A DNA stretch of 53,515 nt from Candidatus Rifleibacteriota bacterium (lineage in GTDB: Bacteria; Muiribacteriota; Ozemobacteria; Ozemobacterales; Ozemobacteraceae), in NCBI GenBank assembly GCA_051747585.1, contig JBNJGH010000008.1, positions 1 through 53,515 of the forward strand. The letters are read 5' to 3'. A program made the position numbers and the translations under genes. Below are positions 28,919 through 38,558 of the stretch, one piece after another. How positions within the stretch are numbered: position 1 is the stretch's first letter; each line of letters opens with the position of its first letter. Below the pieces are notes generated by a model. That model saw only the letters and a list, made by a program, of their open reading frames with translations. It did not search any database and was not told where the DNA came from.

Positions 28919-30871
28919 TTAGTTTACTCTGACGAACACCAGGGCATCGAGGAACAATGTTGCCCCCCCTCCTGAGCCTGAGTTAATAGCATGGCAGTCG
29001 ATATCTATACCCTCCACGCCTTCATTAATCTGTATCTGGCCAAGAGACAGACTCGTTCGTCCTCTGTTTACAGAACTATAACCATTCAAGTCTTTTTCAA
29101 GCAGAGTTGTGTTGATAATTCCGTTTTCTCTGATTGAGACTCGCCAGTTTCCACCCGAAGTGTGAGGAAAGTAATAGGCATAAACATTATAACGATAGGA
29201 ACCATTAGAGGGTGATGGAAGCCGGAAATAATCTGAAGAGAAAAGATTGCCGGTTCCATACCTGAAGGCATCGCCATTCCCCGGAGATCCTACAGTCGAA
29301 GGCACCAGCAATGCAGACCCTGCACCGGAGAAATAGTCTATGTTCGGATAATCCTTGGAGCTGGAAACCACATAAAAATGGTTCTGACCATCATCTGCTA
29401 TATCGTCAAATTCCCAGTTGGGATTTTCACCTTCGAGCATTGCAACAAACATACCGCCAGGATAGGCTTTTGCATAACTGCTAAGTCCACTTTCTTTTCC
29501 AGAAGAGCTTACTGCAGAAACCTTGAAAAAATACGGCATGCCAAACTCTAACTTTTTACCCTTCTTTTCAGGCTTTTGATTAAAGCTGCTCGGATAAGAA
29601 TTAATTACATAGTTAGAGGCTTCCGTCCACTGGGGCTGACCGGTAAGCATTTTTGTATAGCCGCCGTCAGCAACAGTAGAAAAATAAACATTGTAACTTA
29701 CTGCGTTATCGCTTGCCTTCCAGGCGAGTTTTATACCAGCTTCGGTAGCACTTGATGACCATGCTTTAACATCCCTTGGCGTTTCGGGTATATCTGCATC
29801 AGAAGACTGAGTCGTAACAGAACTAAGTCCACTTATATTGCCGTTACGATCAAGAGCTCTTACTGCATATAAGTTATAAGGAGTACCGTTGATATCTTTA
29901 AAAGTCTGAGTCATATTGGCGGTGCCATTGTCTTCAACAATTCCTATCAAAGAAAATAGTCCGTCGTTTGAATTGGCTCTGAAAATTACATAAGCATCGA
30001 TATCAAGTGTCGGGTTCTCACCATCAAATATACTTGAACCGTCTTCGTTATACATTGGCTTGTGCCAGCCTATAATCGGGTCTGTATCATTACTCAGGCT
30101 CAAATCGAACGGAGGCAGAGGAATGGTATCATCGCCGGATTTCAAGGTAACCTGAACCGGATCAGAATTCTCACTTTCAGTGTAATTTTCGTTAAAAGTT
30201 CTGATTATGTAAGTATATTGATCTGCTGAAGACTTCGTAACCGAAGTATCAACATATCCCGGCGTATCCTGAGGGACTGAAGAAATCCATTGAACGCCCC
30301 CTGCACTGGTTGAGAGACCACGATATATATTATAACCCTTGATATGGCTGGAAGTAACTTTATCCCAGGCAACATAGACAGCTTCTTTAGACGATCTTGC
30401 CTTCAAATTAACGACTCTTGGCGGCCTTTCTTCTGTAGGCAAGCCAGCTCGAATCTGAACCGCATTGGTTCGAGAAAGGTCTGATTCTTTTCCCTGAGAG
30501 TCAAAAGCAGCAATTTTGTAGTAATAATGCTGGTCATTTACCAGACCATTTTGCTGATCGTTATCAAAATATGAAGGTGCCGGCTGAGTGCCAACCGTTG
30601 CGATAAGAGTAAATGGTCCGCCAGAATTGTTTGACCGATAAACCCGATAACCTACCAGGTCCGGTTCCGTATTGGCGCTCCAGTTAATTAATATCGCTCT
30701 CTCTTTTCCGACCCCGGTAACGTCCTGGGGTATATTGGGTGCTTCATAGTCGGTTAACCCCGGATCTTTCTGCACCCCCGTAGTACATCCAAACAGGGTG
30801 AATAACATGAGCAGCAGTGCAACAGCCATGAAATTCCGCCCAGTCTTTCTGAGCATAACCTTTTTCCACAT
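28919..30871 (-). CDS. Lipoprotein with about four fibronectin type III-like repeats and a C-terminal beta-sandwich domain
   Basis: Lipobox LFG-C; repeated W....D..GY.VYR...Y.Y.I.A.D..G.ES units; ATG 30871 after AAGGAG. Confidence 0.82.
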   Translation of the reverse strand: MWKKVMLRKTGRNFMAVALLLMLFTLFGCTTGVQKDPGLTDYEAPNIPQDVTGVGKERAILINWSANTEPDLVGYRVYRSNNSGGPFTLIATVGTQPAPSYFDNDQQNGLVNDQHYYYKIAAFDSQGKESDLSRTNAVQIRAGLPTEERPPRVVNLKARSSKEAVYVAWDKVTSSHIKGYNIYRGLSTSAGGVQWISSVPQDTPGYVDTSVTKSSADQYTYIIRTFNENYTESENSDPVQVTLKSGDDTIPLPPFDLSLSNDTDPIIGWHKPMYNEDGSSIFDGENPTLDIDAYVIFRANSNDGLFSLIGIVEDNGTANMTQTFKDINGTPYNLYAVRALDRNGNISGLSSVTTQSSDADIPETPRDVKAWSSSATEAGIKLAWKASDNAVSYNVYFSTVADGGYTKMLTGQPQWTEASNYVINSYPSSFNQKPEKKGKKLEFGMPYFFKVSAVSSSGKESGLSSYAKAYPGGMFVAMLEGENPNWEFDDIADDGQNHFYVVSSSKDYPNIDYFSGAGSALLVPSTVGSPGNGDAFRYGTGNLFSSDYFRLPSPSNGSYRYNVYAYYFPHTSGGNWRVSIRENGIINTTLLEKDLNGYSSVNRGRTSLSLGQIQINEGVEGIDIDCHAINSGSGGGATLFLDALVFVRVN

Positions 30872-30958
30872 AAGGGATCTCCTTTTAGGTAACTTGACAA
30901 AGTTTCTCAATAAACATCGTCAAAGACCGGTCAAGTTATTAGTATTAAAATTGATTTA

Positions 30959-31666
30959 TTATTTAAGCTTTACGGCAAACGAGAACATACTTCCGTTTCT
31001 TCTTTTCTGGCGGCGATAAGAGAAAAATCTTTCTGAATCACAATAAGTGCATTTATTAAACATTTGAATATTTTCTCCAGGAAGCCCGGCACGCATCAGC
31101 TGAAATCTGTTAAGGCCGGCCAGATCTAGAAACCATTTATGTCGGCGGATGAAAAAATCTTTGTAACTTTTGTCGGCAGCAGCAAATTCATCATAAACTT
31201 CATCCCCCATTTCCAGACAACAGCTGCCAATACATGGACCAATAGCTGCTTTTACATCTATACCTTCCAGCTTAAAAAGACTTTGTAACTTTTTGACTGT
31301 TTTCCCGCCAATATCCAGCAAACAGCTTTTCCAACCGGAATGAACTGCTGCCACAGCTTTGTCACTCCAGAACAGCAAAGGAGTGCAGTCTGCAGAAAAT
31401 ACGCCAACCGGCAAATCTTTTGTTGAAGTAATTAATGCGTCAGCCTTTTTGACATTGGCTAAATTCGAAGCGCTGTCGACCTGGATAATATTATCCTTAT
31501 GTTCCTGCCAGGCAAAAGCTGGCCGACCAAGTCTAAGCTCTTTAACCCGCTTCAGCGCAAACCAGTTTCTGTATGCCTGCTCATTATCATTAAGATAAAA
31601 AGACAAGTCTCCATCAGTAGCCTCAGAAAAGCAAATTAAGTTTTTGGATGCTGAAACTTTAATCAT
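30959..31666 (-). CDS. pgeF: PgeF/YfiH-family (polyphenol-oxidase-like / purine nucleoside phosphorylase-like) protein
   Basis: QEH, ADALIT, SADCTP, AVHSGWK, IGPCIG.CC, CTYC...FFSYRR. Confidence 0.9.
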   Translation of the reverse strand: MIKVSASKNLICFSEATDGDLSFYLNDNEQAYRNWFALKRVKELRLGRPAFAWQEHKDNIIQVDSASNLANVKKADALITSTKDLPVGVFSADCTPLLFWSDKAVAAVHSGWKSCLLDIGGKTVKKLQSLFKLEGIDVKAAIGPCIGSCCLEMGDEVYDEFAAADKSYKDFFIRRHKWFLDLAGLNRFQLMRAGLPGENIQMFNKCTYCDSERFFSYRRQKRRNGSMFSFAVKLK

Positions 31667-31673
31667 CTAATTA

Positions 31674-33353
31674 TTAATATTCAGAAGACAGCTCTGCGAT
31701 CATGCGACCTGCCAGTTCGTCAACCGCATCTTTTCTATGAGAAACTTGATTAACTTTTTTCAAAGTTCGCAAAGCATCTTGAGTTCTACCCTTTTTTGCA
31801 TAAAGTGAGCCAAGGACAACATAAGCTTCTTTTAAGGTCTTATCCAGGGCAATTGCCTTCTTACTTTCTTCATAAGCCTGCTTAAGCTTTCCCTGGTTAT
31901 AGTAAAGAAGAGCAAGATCTTTATGAACTTCTGCGTTTTCGGGGTCGAGGGACAATGCTTTGAAAAATTCGTTTTCAGCTGTTTCATACTGACCTGACCT
32001 GAAAAAGTCTTTTCCCATGTCTATATGGGTTAAGGCTTTTTGCTCTGCCTTCTCTTCCTGCTTTTTTTTGATCTTCAACAGCAGACTTCTTGCCTGCCGG
32101 TGAACAGACGAACTCTGAGGAGCTTTTTGTATAATCTGTTCAAGTTCTTTTGCGGCCTCCTCTATCAACCCTCTGTCAAGATATGAATTACTCAAAGAAT
32201 ACTTTCTTTCCAGCATTCTTTCCTGCTTGACGGTTAACTGCCTTCGCCGCTGGTTTTTAACCGGATAAACCGATGATGCAGAGTAAGAAGAAGAAAGCGT
32301 GTCGGTATCATAAGAATTTTCACGACGGATTGGTTTTGAAGCTCTTACCATATTTTTCAATTCATTATAGCCACCTTGTTCAGTCTGACTATCGGAATTA
32401 GCTGAATGGGAATTTACAATATCGCTATTTTTTGCACTTACCGCGGTATAAGAACCATTGGACTCAATAGGGCTTGAAGAAGCCGAATAATTAGAAGCCA
32501 TAGAATTGCCGCGACTTTTACGATTTAAAAATTCTCTAAGCTTTGAACTTCCCTGTATTTTTTTTACATTATTGAAGTAATATTTACGGCTTTCATTAGA
32601 AAGGCTACTGACCTTTTTTTTAAGATGTTTTTTTATCGGCTGACTGTCGGGGGCAATTGCCAACGACTGCCGGTAGACATAAAGAGCCTGATTTTCCTGG
32701 CCAAGTTTTTCGTAACAATCGCCAAGAGAAACATAGGCTTTTAAATAATTGCGGTTAAGTTTGATAACATTTTTAAATAACTTGGCCGCCTGAGAATAGT
32801 TGTCTCTGGTAAACTCAACCAAACCAAGATTGAAATAAGGCTTGTAAAAGTTACGATCGAGTTGAATTGCAGCTTTAAAGTGTTCGGCAGCTTGGTGAAT
32901 TTTACCATCTTTATAAAGAGCCCAGCCAAAAGAATCTCTAAAGTTTGCTGATTTGGGCTTCAAGTCAACTGCGCGGCGACATAACTCGACCGCCTTATCA
33001 GTGTTTGATTCGGTAGTAGCCAATAGAAAGCCAAGATTATTAAGGGCAGAAGGATAATCCGGCTTAAGTTTCAGAGCTCTTTCATAAGCTTTGGCAGCGT
33101 TTTGCAAATCGCCAATGCGCTCAAAAGCATAACCGAGATTATGAAAAGCTTCGGAAAGATCGGGTCTCAATTTTACAGCCCTTTTTAGATCATTTACCGC
33201 GGCTACATAATTTTTTTCCTGAAGTTTTCCAGTTCCTCGAATATATAATTTCATCCCTTCATCCTGGTGGTTGGGCAGGGAATCAAAATTTAAAGAGAAA
33301 GCAGGAAAGACGAGAAAAAGCATAAACAAAACCGCTGGAACAAGCCTTTTCAT
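31674..33353 (-). CDS. Exported TPR-repeat protein
   Basis: Signal peptide; multiple TPRs (EAFHNLG, SALNNLG, DSFGWALY, YFNLG); Ser-rich linker; second TPR block. Confidence 0.85.
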   Translation of the reverse strand: MKRLVPAVLFMLFLVFPAFSLNFDSLPNHQDEGMKLYIRGTGKLQEKNYVAAVNDLKRAVKLRPDLSEAFHNLGYAFERIGDLQNAAKAYERALKLKPDYPSALNNLGFLLATTESNTDKAVELCRRAVDLKPKSANFRDSFGWALYKDGKIHQAAEHFKAAIQLDRNFYKPYFNLGLVEFTRDNYSQAAKLFKNVIKLNRNYLKAYVSLGDCYEKLGQENQALYVYRQSLAIAPDSQPIKKHLKKKVSSLSNESRKYYFNNVKKIQGSSKLREFLNRKSRGNSMASNYSASSSPIESNGSYTAVSAKNSDIVNSHSANSDSQTEQGGYNELKNMVRASKPIRRENSYDTDTLSSSYSASSVYPVKNQRRRQLTVKQERMLERKYSLSNSYLDRGLIEEAAKELEQIIQKAPQSSSVHRQARSLLLKIKKKQEEKAEQKALTHIDMGKDFFRSGQYETAENEFFKALSLDPENAEVHKDLALLYYNQGKLKQAYEESKKAIALDKTLKEAYVVLGSLYAKKGRTQDALRTLKKVNQVSHRKDAVDELAGRMIAELSSEY

Positions 33354-33392
33354 AATTTGCCTCCTGATTTTTTTCTATAATCTTCCTATTGC

Positions 33393-33419
33393 CTATCGGC
33401 AGAAGGTTGCAGAAAATTA
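33393..33419 (-). promoter_or_regulatory. Candidate sigma-28 (FliA/SigD-type) promoter
   Basis: Minus strand TAAT-N15-GCCGATAG versus consensus TAAA-N15-GCCGATAA, 40 bp upstream of the TPR gene start. Confidence 0.45.
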
Positions 33420-33470
33420 AGCTTACAGGTTATCTTGCCTTTAACAGACCAATATTAAACGGGGAAATAT

Positions 33471-34889
33471 ATGAACAAAAGAACCAGTATAGTTGCAACA
33501 CTTGGGCCAGCATCTTTTGAATGCGACATAATCGAAGAACTAATTGAAAGCGGAGCAAACGTTTTCAGATTGAATTTTTCTCATGGCACCCATGCAAGCC
33601 ATGCTCAATACATTAAAAATATTAGAAAAGTTTCACAAAAAACAGGTGTAGAAGTTGGGATACTGGGCGATTTGTGTGGCCCGAAAATCAGAACGGGAAA
33701 ATTTAAAGATGGTCCGGTTGAATTAAAAGAAGGTAACTGTTTTTTTCTCAGCGAAGACCCTGAAATGCCTGGCTGCAAAGAGGGAATTGGAACCAGCTAC
33801 CCTTTTTTAAGCAAAGACCTGAAGGTGGGCAACAAAATACTGCTTGACGACGGGAATCTTGAGCTGGAGGTCATTGAAGTTAAACAGGACGGAGTTCTAT
33901 GTACAGTTCTAGACGGAGGGCTGCTCAAAGACAAAAAAGGCATCAATATGCCGGGCATAGATTTAACAATTGACACCATTACAGAAAAAGACAAGCTTGA
34001 TTTGGCATTTATGATTGAGCATGAAATTGATTTTATTGCTCTAAGTTTTGTTAGAAAAGCAACAGATCTGATTCAGTTAAAAGAACTGGCAGGCGATAAC
34101 AAGATTAGAATTATAGCGAAAATCGAAAAACCCGAGGCTGTTAACGAACTTGAACAAATTTTAAATCATTGCGAAGGAATAATGATAGCGAGAGGAGATC
34201 TGGGGGTGGAAATGCCAATACAACAGGTTCCTGCAGTTCAACGACATATTCTAGACCGCTGTTCGAGACGTGGCAAGCCTGTTATAACTGCTACCCAGAT
34301 GCTTGAATCGATGATTGACAACCAGAGACCTACTCGCGCAGAAACCACGGACGTATTCAATGCCGTGCTCGAAGGATCGGATGCTGTTATGCTGTCTGGC
34401 GAGACTGCTTCGGGCAAAAATCCCGTTGAAGCAGTAAAGATGATGTCAGCCATAGCTCTTGAGGCAGAAAAACTCAATCTTGGTAAAGAAAATAGCGTTG
34501 ACCATCTGCTGCCGGAAGTAAAAAGAGAAATCGAAGAAATAATGGCTCACGCAGCTTGTGAGTCAGCTTACAATATTAATGCAGAATATATTGTTCCTTA
34601 TACCTTCAGCGGAAATACGGCCCAATATATTTCAAAATATCATCCCCCGACTCCTATAATTGCGCTTACTCCCAGACTGGATACATGTCGTCGTTTGAGT
34701 CTCAGCTGGGGCGTCACACCAATTTTAGTTGAAAAAATAAGCAACACCGATGAAATGATTAAATACAGTGAAGAGATTCTTTCCGTAAGAAACCTGGTAA
34801 ACCCCGAGGATATAATTGTAATAGTCGCCGGAGTGCCCTTAGGAGTAACCGGCGGAACCAATCTATTGAAAATGCATAAAATCGAATAA
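33471..34889 (+). CDS. pyk: Pyruvate kinase
   Basis: RTSIVATLGPAS, FRLNFSHG, GPKIRTG, IIAKIEK, IMIARGDLGVE, ATQMLESM, DAVMLSGETA. Confidence 0.97.
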   Translation: MNKRTSIVATLGPASFECDIIEELIESGANVFRLNFSHGTHASHAQYIKNIRKVSQKTGVEVGILGDLCGPKIRTGKFKDGPVELKEGNCFFLSEDPEMPGCKEGIGTSYPFLSKDLKVGNKILLDDGNLELEVIEVKQDGVLCTVLDGGLLKDKKGINMPGIDLTIDTITEKDKLDLAFMIEHEIDFIALSFVRKATDLIQLKELAGDNKIRIIAKIEKPEAVNELEQILNHCEGIMIARGDLGVEMPIQQVPAVQRHILDRCSRRGKPVITATQMLESMIDNQRPTRAETTDVFNAVLEGSDAVMLSGETASGKNPVEAVKMMSAIALEAEKLNLGKENSVDHLLPEVKREIEEIMAHAACESAYNINAEYIVPYTFSGNTAQYISKYHPPTPIIALTPRLDTCRRLSLSWGVTPILVEKISNTDEMIKYSEEILSVRNLVNPEDIIVIVAGVPLGVTGGTNLLKMHKIE

Positions 34890-34947
34890 ATAGAAAATAC
34901 TCTTAAAATTAAATTTATCCGCAATTTACTGGAGCAATTTATTCTAT

Positions 34948-35286
34948 TTATTTTTGCTCAAGTTCGCCATCAGATTGAGATTCATCTTCGTCAATAAAGT
35001 AATATCCACATTTTTCGGCAGTGTGCGGAAACACATCGGACTCGTTAAATGGGTAAATTTTACAAACATCAGGCTTGGTCTCATGAATGCTGCAAAGTGA
35101 TTTTCCATCTTTTTCATACAAAAACGGACAGGGAAATGAGGAGCGACAGCATGCGCCACAACCTTTACATTCTCCTCTTCTTCTTTTCAAACCACTTTCA
35201 ACAAAATCTTTTTTTAACAACAACAAATATCTTCTTTTGATCTGCATCTTAAAAGAAGTAATTACTTTTTTATATGCCTTTTTCAT
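34948..35286 (-). CDS. YkgJ-like CxxCxxCC cysteine-cluster (putative Fe-S/Zn) protein
   Basis: CKGCGACC...CPFL...CSIHETKPDVCKIYPF...CGY. Confidence 0.8.
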   Translation of the reverse strand: MKKAYKKVITSFKMQIKRRYLLLLKKDFVESGLKRRRGECKGCGACCRSSFPCPFLYEKDGKSLCSIHETKPDVCKIYPFNESDVFPHTAEKCGYYFIDEDESQSDGELEQK

Positions 35287-35476
35287 CTTTTCTCCATCCT
35301 TGTTAGTATTTAATTATACATTTTCAGATTTTTTCGTCAACCCGATTTCGCATTTTATTTAGTAGGCTTTTGCCGAAAAAAAATAAAAGTCTATTTAATT
35401 AAATCCTTTCTCTATCTTGAATTTATATGCCAGATGCGTTTATGATTATGAAACGAAAATTAATGGAGAAGTCAGA

Positions 35477-36322
35477 ATGCGGGAAATTTTTGATAACATG
35501 GTATTCAGAGCGTTTTCTTATGAGGATGACCCTGAAGCAATAGTCGACATGCACCGATGCGCAGAAACGCTTGAGGGCTCATGGTTCGATGCTGCACTCA
35601 CCTGTAAGCTACATTCAAAAATGGTTACCCGCACTCCCGGTTCAACCTGGGTTGTTACCTACGGAAACATAATTTTTGCCCACGCAGATTTAATTAAATC
35701 AATAACCGGCGAAGCCGTTATTGTCGGGTGGCGAATACACACTGATTATCATTATCCTCAGGTCGCCAGAAAATTGCTTGAAGGCCTTAAATTGGAAGCA
35801 AACAAAAGAAAAGCAACCGGTTTAATAATTTTTGCAGACAACTCTGAAGTTGTTTCAGATTTGTCCATGATTGGCTGCAGACCCGATCGTGAATACGCAT
35901 ACATTAGGCCTGGCGAATGTGAAAAAGGTATTGTCCTGGACTGTGAAAAAATCGACATTCACCCGGATGACCTGACAAACCAAGGGCTTTATCCATTTCT
36001 TGGCTCTCCTCTTCCACCTGCATATTTGAATTACCGCGCAGTAATGGCAGCAGAACAGGGAGTTTTTCATTACCGTCGGCCCTCTCTTTACCAAATAACC
36101 GTCGATCAACAAGAAGTTTACATTGCTTCTTTTGACGGTCGAGAATGGCACGTATTTAAAAAAGGTGATTTTAAAGGTGACAAAGACCTCATAGCCTCTC
36201 TGCTAAAAACAATCGCATCGATTAATCCGGCCAGAATTCTTTTGAATAAAGCTGCTATAGAAGCTGCCGAGGTTCTTCCAGCAACTGATGGAGTATTATA
36301 TGATTACTATAAAAAGATTTAA
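35477..36322 (+). CDS. Hypothetical protein with degenerate GNAT-like N-terminal domain
   Basis: ATG 35477 after GGAG; FRAFSYEDDPEAI...WVV...IHTDYHYPQVARKLLE.LK.EA follows GNAT spacing. Confidence 0.6.
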   Translation: MREIFDNMVFRAFSYEDDPEAIVDMHRCAETLEGSWFDAALTCKLHSKMVTRTPGSTWVVTYGNIIFAHADLIKSITGEAVIVGWRIHTDYHYPQVARKLLEGLKLEANKRKATGLIIFADNSEVVSDLSMIGCRPDREYAYIRPGECEKGIVLDCEKIDIHPDDLTNQGLYPFLGSPLPPAYLNYRAVMAAEQGVFHYRRPSLYQITVDQQEVYIASFDGREWHVFKKGDFKGDKDLIASLLKTIASINPARILLNKAAIEAAEVLPATDGVLYDYYKKI

Positions 36323-37100
36323 CAAATTTGTTTTCTGCCTTATTTCAATCTTTGTTTTTTCTGTATTATTCAACAATGCATCATCTGCTATGAAAGGTGT
36401 TGCAAGAAACTTTTGTCACGACTGCAAAATTCTAACCAAGCCCGATGCTGTAAGATGCCCTCAATGTGACAAACCCTTGAACCCATGTCTTGAATGCGGC
36501 TATTTGAATCCGGTCAATCTTGATTTTTGCGAAAAATGCAATTTACCACTGGCAGAAATGCGGGTATTAAATTCAATCGATCCTGAAACAAGAAAAAAAT
36601 TGAAACTTGGCAAATCAGACAGAGCAGTTCTGGAACGCGAATTAAACAAATTGAACAATCTTATCGAGAAAAACCCTGAAAACCTTGAGAGATTGCTCTT
36701 TCGCAAAGGGAAGATTCTCCATATGATGGAATTTCATTCCCGCGAAGCAATGCTGTGGAAAGAATATCTAAAGCTGTATCCAAAGACAGCAAAAAAATCA
36801 TTTATTCAAATCTATCTTTCTGAAGCACTAAGAAAATGGGGCTATTTATTTTATAAACAGCAAAATAAAAAGCAAGCGGCCAAACTTTTTATTGATGCTA
36901 CCGAAGCAAATCCGCTCAACTCAAAAGCCTGGCAATGGCTCGGTCGAATTAAAATGGAACAGAATCAAAACCAACAAGCCGCAAATGCCTACCTCGAAGC
37001 CTTAAAAATTGAACCGGGAAATAACGAAATAATTCATTTTTTGAGAAAACTGAAAAAACCCGTACCCGAGAAGCTTTTAAAATCAAAGAACAATAACTGA
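36300..37100 (+). CDS. Exported double-zinc-ribbon + TPR protein
   Basis: Signal-like N-terminus; four CxxC motifs (CHDC, CPQC, CLEC, CEKC); C-terminal TPRs; ATG 36300 after GGAG. Confidence 0.78.
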   Translation: MITIKRFNKFVFCLISIFVFSVLFNNASSAMKGVARNFCHDCKILTKPDAVRCPQCDKPLNPCLECGYLNPVNLDFCEKCNLPLAEMRVLNSIDPETRKKLKLGKSDRAVLERELNKLNNLIEKNPENLERLLFRKGKILHMMEFHSREAMLWKEYLKLYPKTAKKSFIQIYLSEALRKWGYLFYKQQNKKQAAKLFIDATEANPLNSKAWQWLGRIKMEQNQNQQAANAYLEALKIEPGNNEIIHFLRKLKKPVPEKLLKSKNNN

Positions 37101-37103
37101 ATT

Positions 37104-38546
37104 ATGGAGACAAATAAATCATTAAAATTTCTTGCCCAGGATTTCATGGCGGGTTTTGCCCCCGAAGGACTGGAATACATCGACAGACTTTTTGAACACT
37201 TGAAATTTGAAGCTTCAGGTAAGCTTGAAGACAATTTTGCTCTTGCCATGCCACCTGAAATGCGACGCAAAATTCTCAGCGAAATCGGCATCAAAAATTC
37301 TGAAACCCCTGAATTATCACAAAGGTATGTGCCCCACCTGATAATTATCAACAAGCTTTTCAAAAAACATGAAGGCAAGCTCAATAAAATCAATCGCGAA
37401 GAAATTGCAGGCTTTATATGGCAGGAAGGACGACGCCTTAAACTGTTTGAATATGAAATTCAAAAGCTTATAGATATAATACCAGATTGGATCAATCGAG
37501 TTGCCCAAAAGTGCTTTGTTGAATTTACCCCAGCCAATATATGCGAAGTAGAAAACAATGAAAAAAGTTTAACCAGCGAGCAGATTTCATTTAACGGCAT
37601 AATTGGCCGTTCAGAAAAAATGATCTCGATGTTTAACTGCCTGAAAAAAATTGGCAAAAGCAATCTTTCAATCCTTATACAGGGCGAAAGCGGCACCGGG
37701 AAAGAACTCGTAGCCCATGCCGTGCATTCAATTTCAGACAGATCGGCTAAAAATTTCATACCGGTAAATTGTGGCGCACTTCCTGACAGTATAATAGAAA
37801 GCGAGCTTTTCGGTTACGAAAAAGGAGCTTTTACCGGAGCCAACTACCAGAAAAAAGGATATTTTGAAATTGCCGGTGATGGCACGATTTTTCTCGATGA
37901 AATATCTGAAACTTCTTTAAACACTCAGGTCAAACTCCTGAGAGTTCTTCAAGAAAAGCAATTCTACCGAGTTGGCGGAACCCAACCTGTAGAAATAGAT
38001 GCCAGAATTATTGCAGCTACAAACCGCAATCTACTCGAACAAGTAAAAGACGATTCTTTCAGACACGACCTTTATTATAGAATTAACGAAATGACAATTA
38101 CCCTGCCTCCCCTGAGAGAGAGAAAAGTAGACTTACCTCTACTCACCAGTCATTTCATAAAAACTTTTGCCAGACAAAACAATAAACCAGCTCCCAGACT
38201 TTCTAAGCAAGCCGACCAGCTGATAAAAAATTACAACTGGCCCGGCAACATAAGAGAGCTGGAAAACGCCTTAAAAAGAGCGGTAGTTTTGGCAGAAGAC
38301 ATTATTGAGCCCTCTCATTTTCCTGCAATAATTAGAGATTTCGAAATTATAAATCCTCAGTTTGTTAACGACCTCGATAAAAACAGCCCGGGTTCACTCG
38401 AAGAAAAAATGAACCGGGCTGAAAAAATGATAATTTTAAAAGCTCTGGCCGAAAACAATAATAATGTATCCAAAACCTCCCAGGAGCTGAAAGTTTCACG
38501 CCGAACTTTACAAAGAAAAATAAAGCAGCACAATATCGAAAAATAG
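37104..38546 (+). CDS. Sigma-54-dependent transcriptional activator (Fis family) with unrecognised N-terminal domain
   Basis: GESGTGKE, ESELFGYEKGAFTGA, FLDEI, WPGNIRELEN, C-terminal HTH. Confidence 0.92.
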   Translation: METNKSLKFLAQDFMAGFAPEGLEYIDRLFEHLKFEASGKLEDNFALAMPPEMRRKILSEIGIKNSETPELSQRYVPHLIIINKLFKKHEGKLNKINREEIAGFIWQEGRRLKLFEYEIQKLIDIIPDWINRVAQKCFVEFTPANICEVENNEKSLTSEQISFNGIIGRSEKMISMFNCLKKIGKSNLSILIQGESGTGKELVAHAVHSISDRSAKNFIPVNCGALPDSIIESELFGYEKGAFTGANYQKKGYFEIAGDGTIFLDEISETSLNTQVKLLRVLQEKQFYRVGGTQPVEIDARIIAATNRNLLEQVKDDSFRHDLYYRINEMTITLPPLRERKVDLPLLTSHFIKTFARQNNKPAPRLSKQADQLIKNYNWPGNIRELENALKRAVVLAEDIIEPSHFPAIIRDFEIINPQFVNDLDKNSPGSLEEKMNRAEKMIILKALAENNNNVSKTSQELKVSRRTLQRKIKQHNIEK

Positions 38547-38558
38547 AGTCACTAATAT

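Noticed and set aside
30890..30938. Inverted repeat taacttgac...gtcaagtta upstream of the FN3 lipoprotein gene
   Set aside because: 9-bp arms 31 bp apart in AT-rich DNA, with no second copy noticed; not enough to call an operator or terminator
33395..33411. Possible sigma-54 -24/-12 promoter for pyk (CGGCA...TTGCA)
   Set aside because: GG-to-GC spacing is one base short of the strict requirement; the opposite-strand sigma-28 reading fits better
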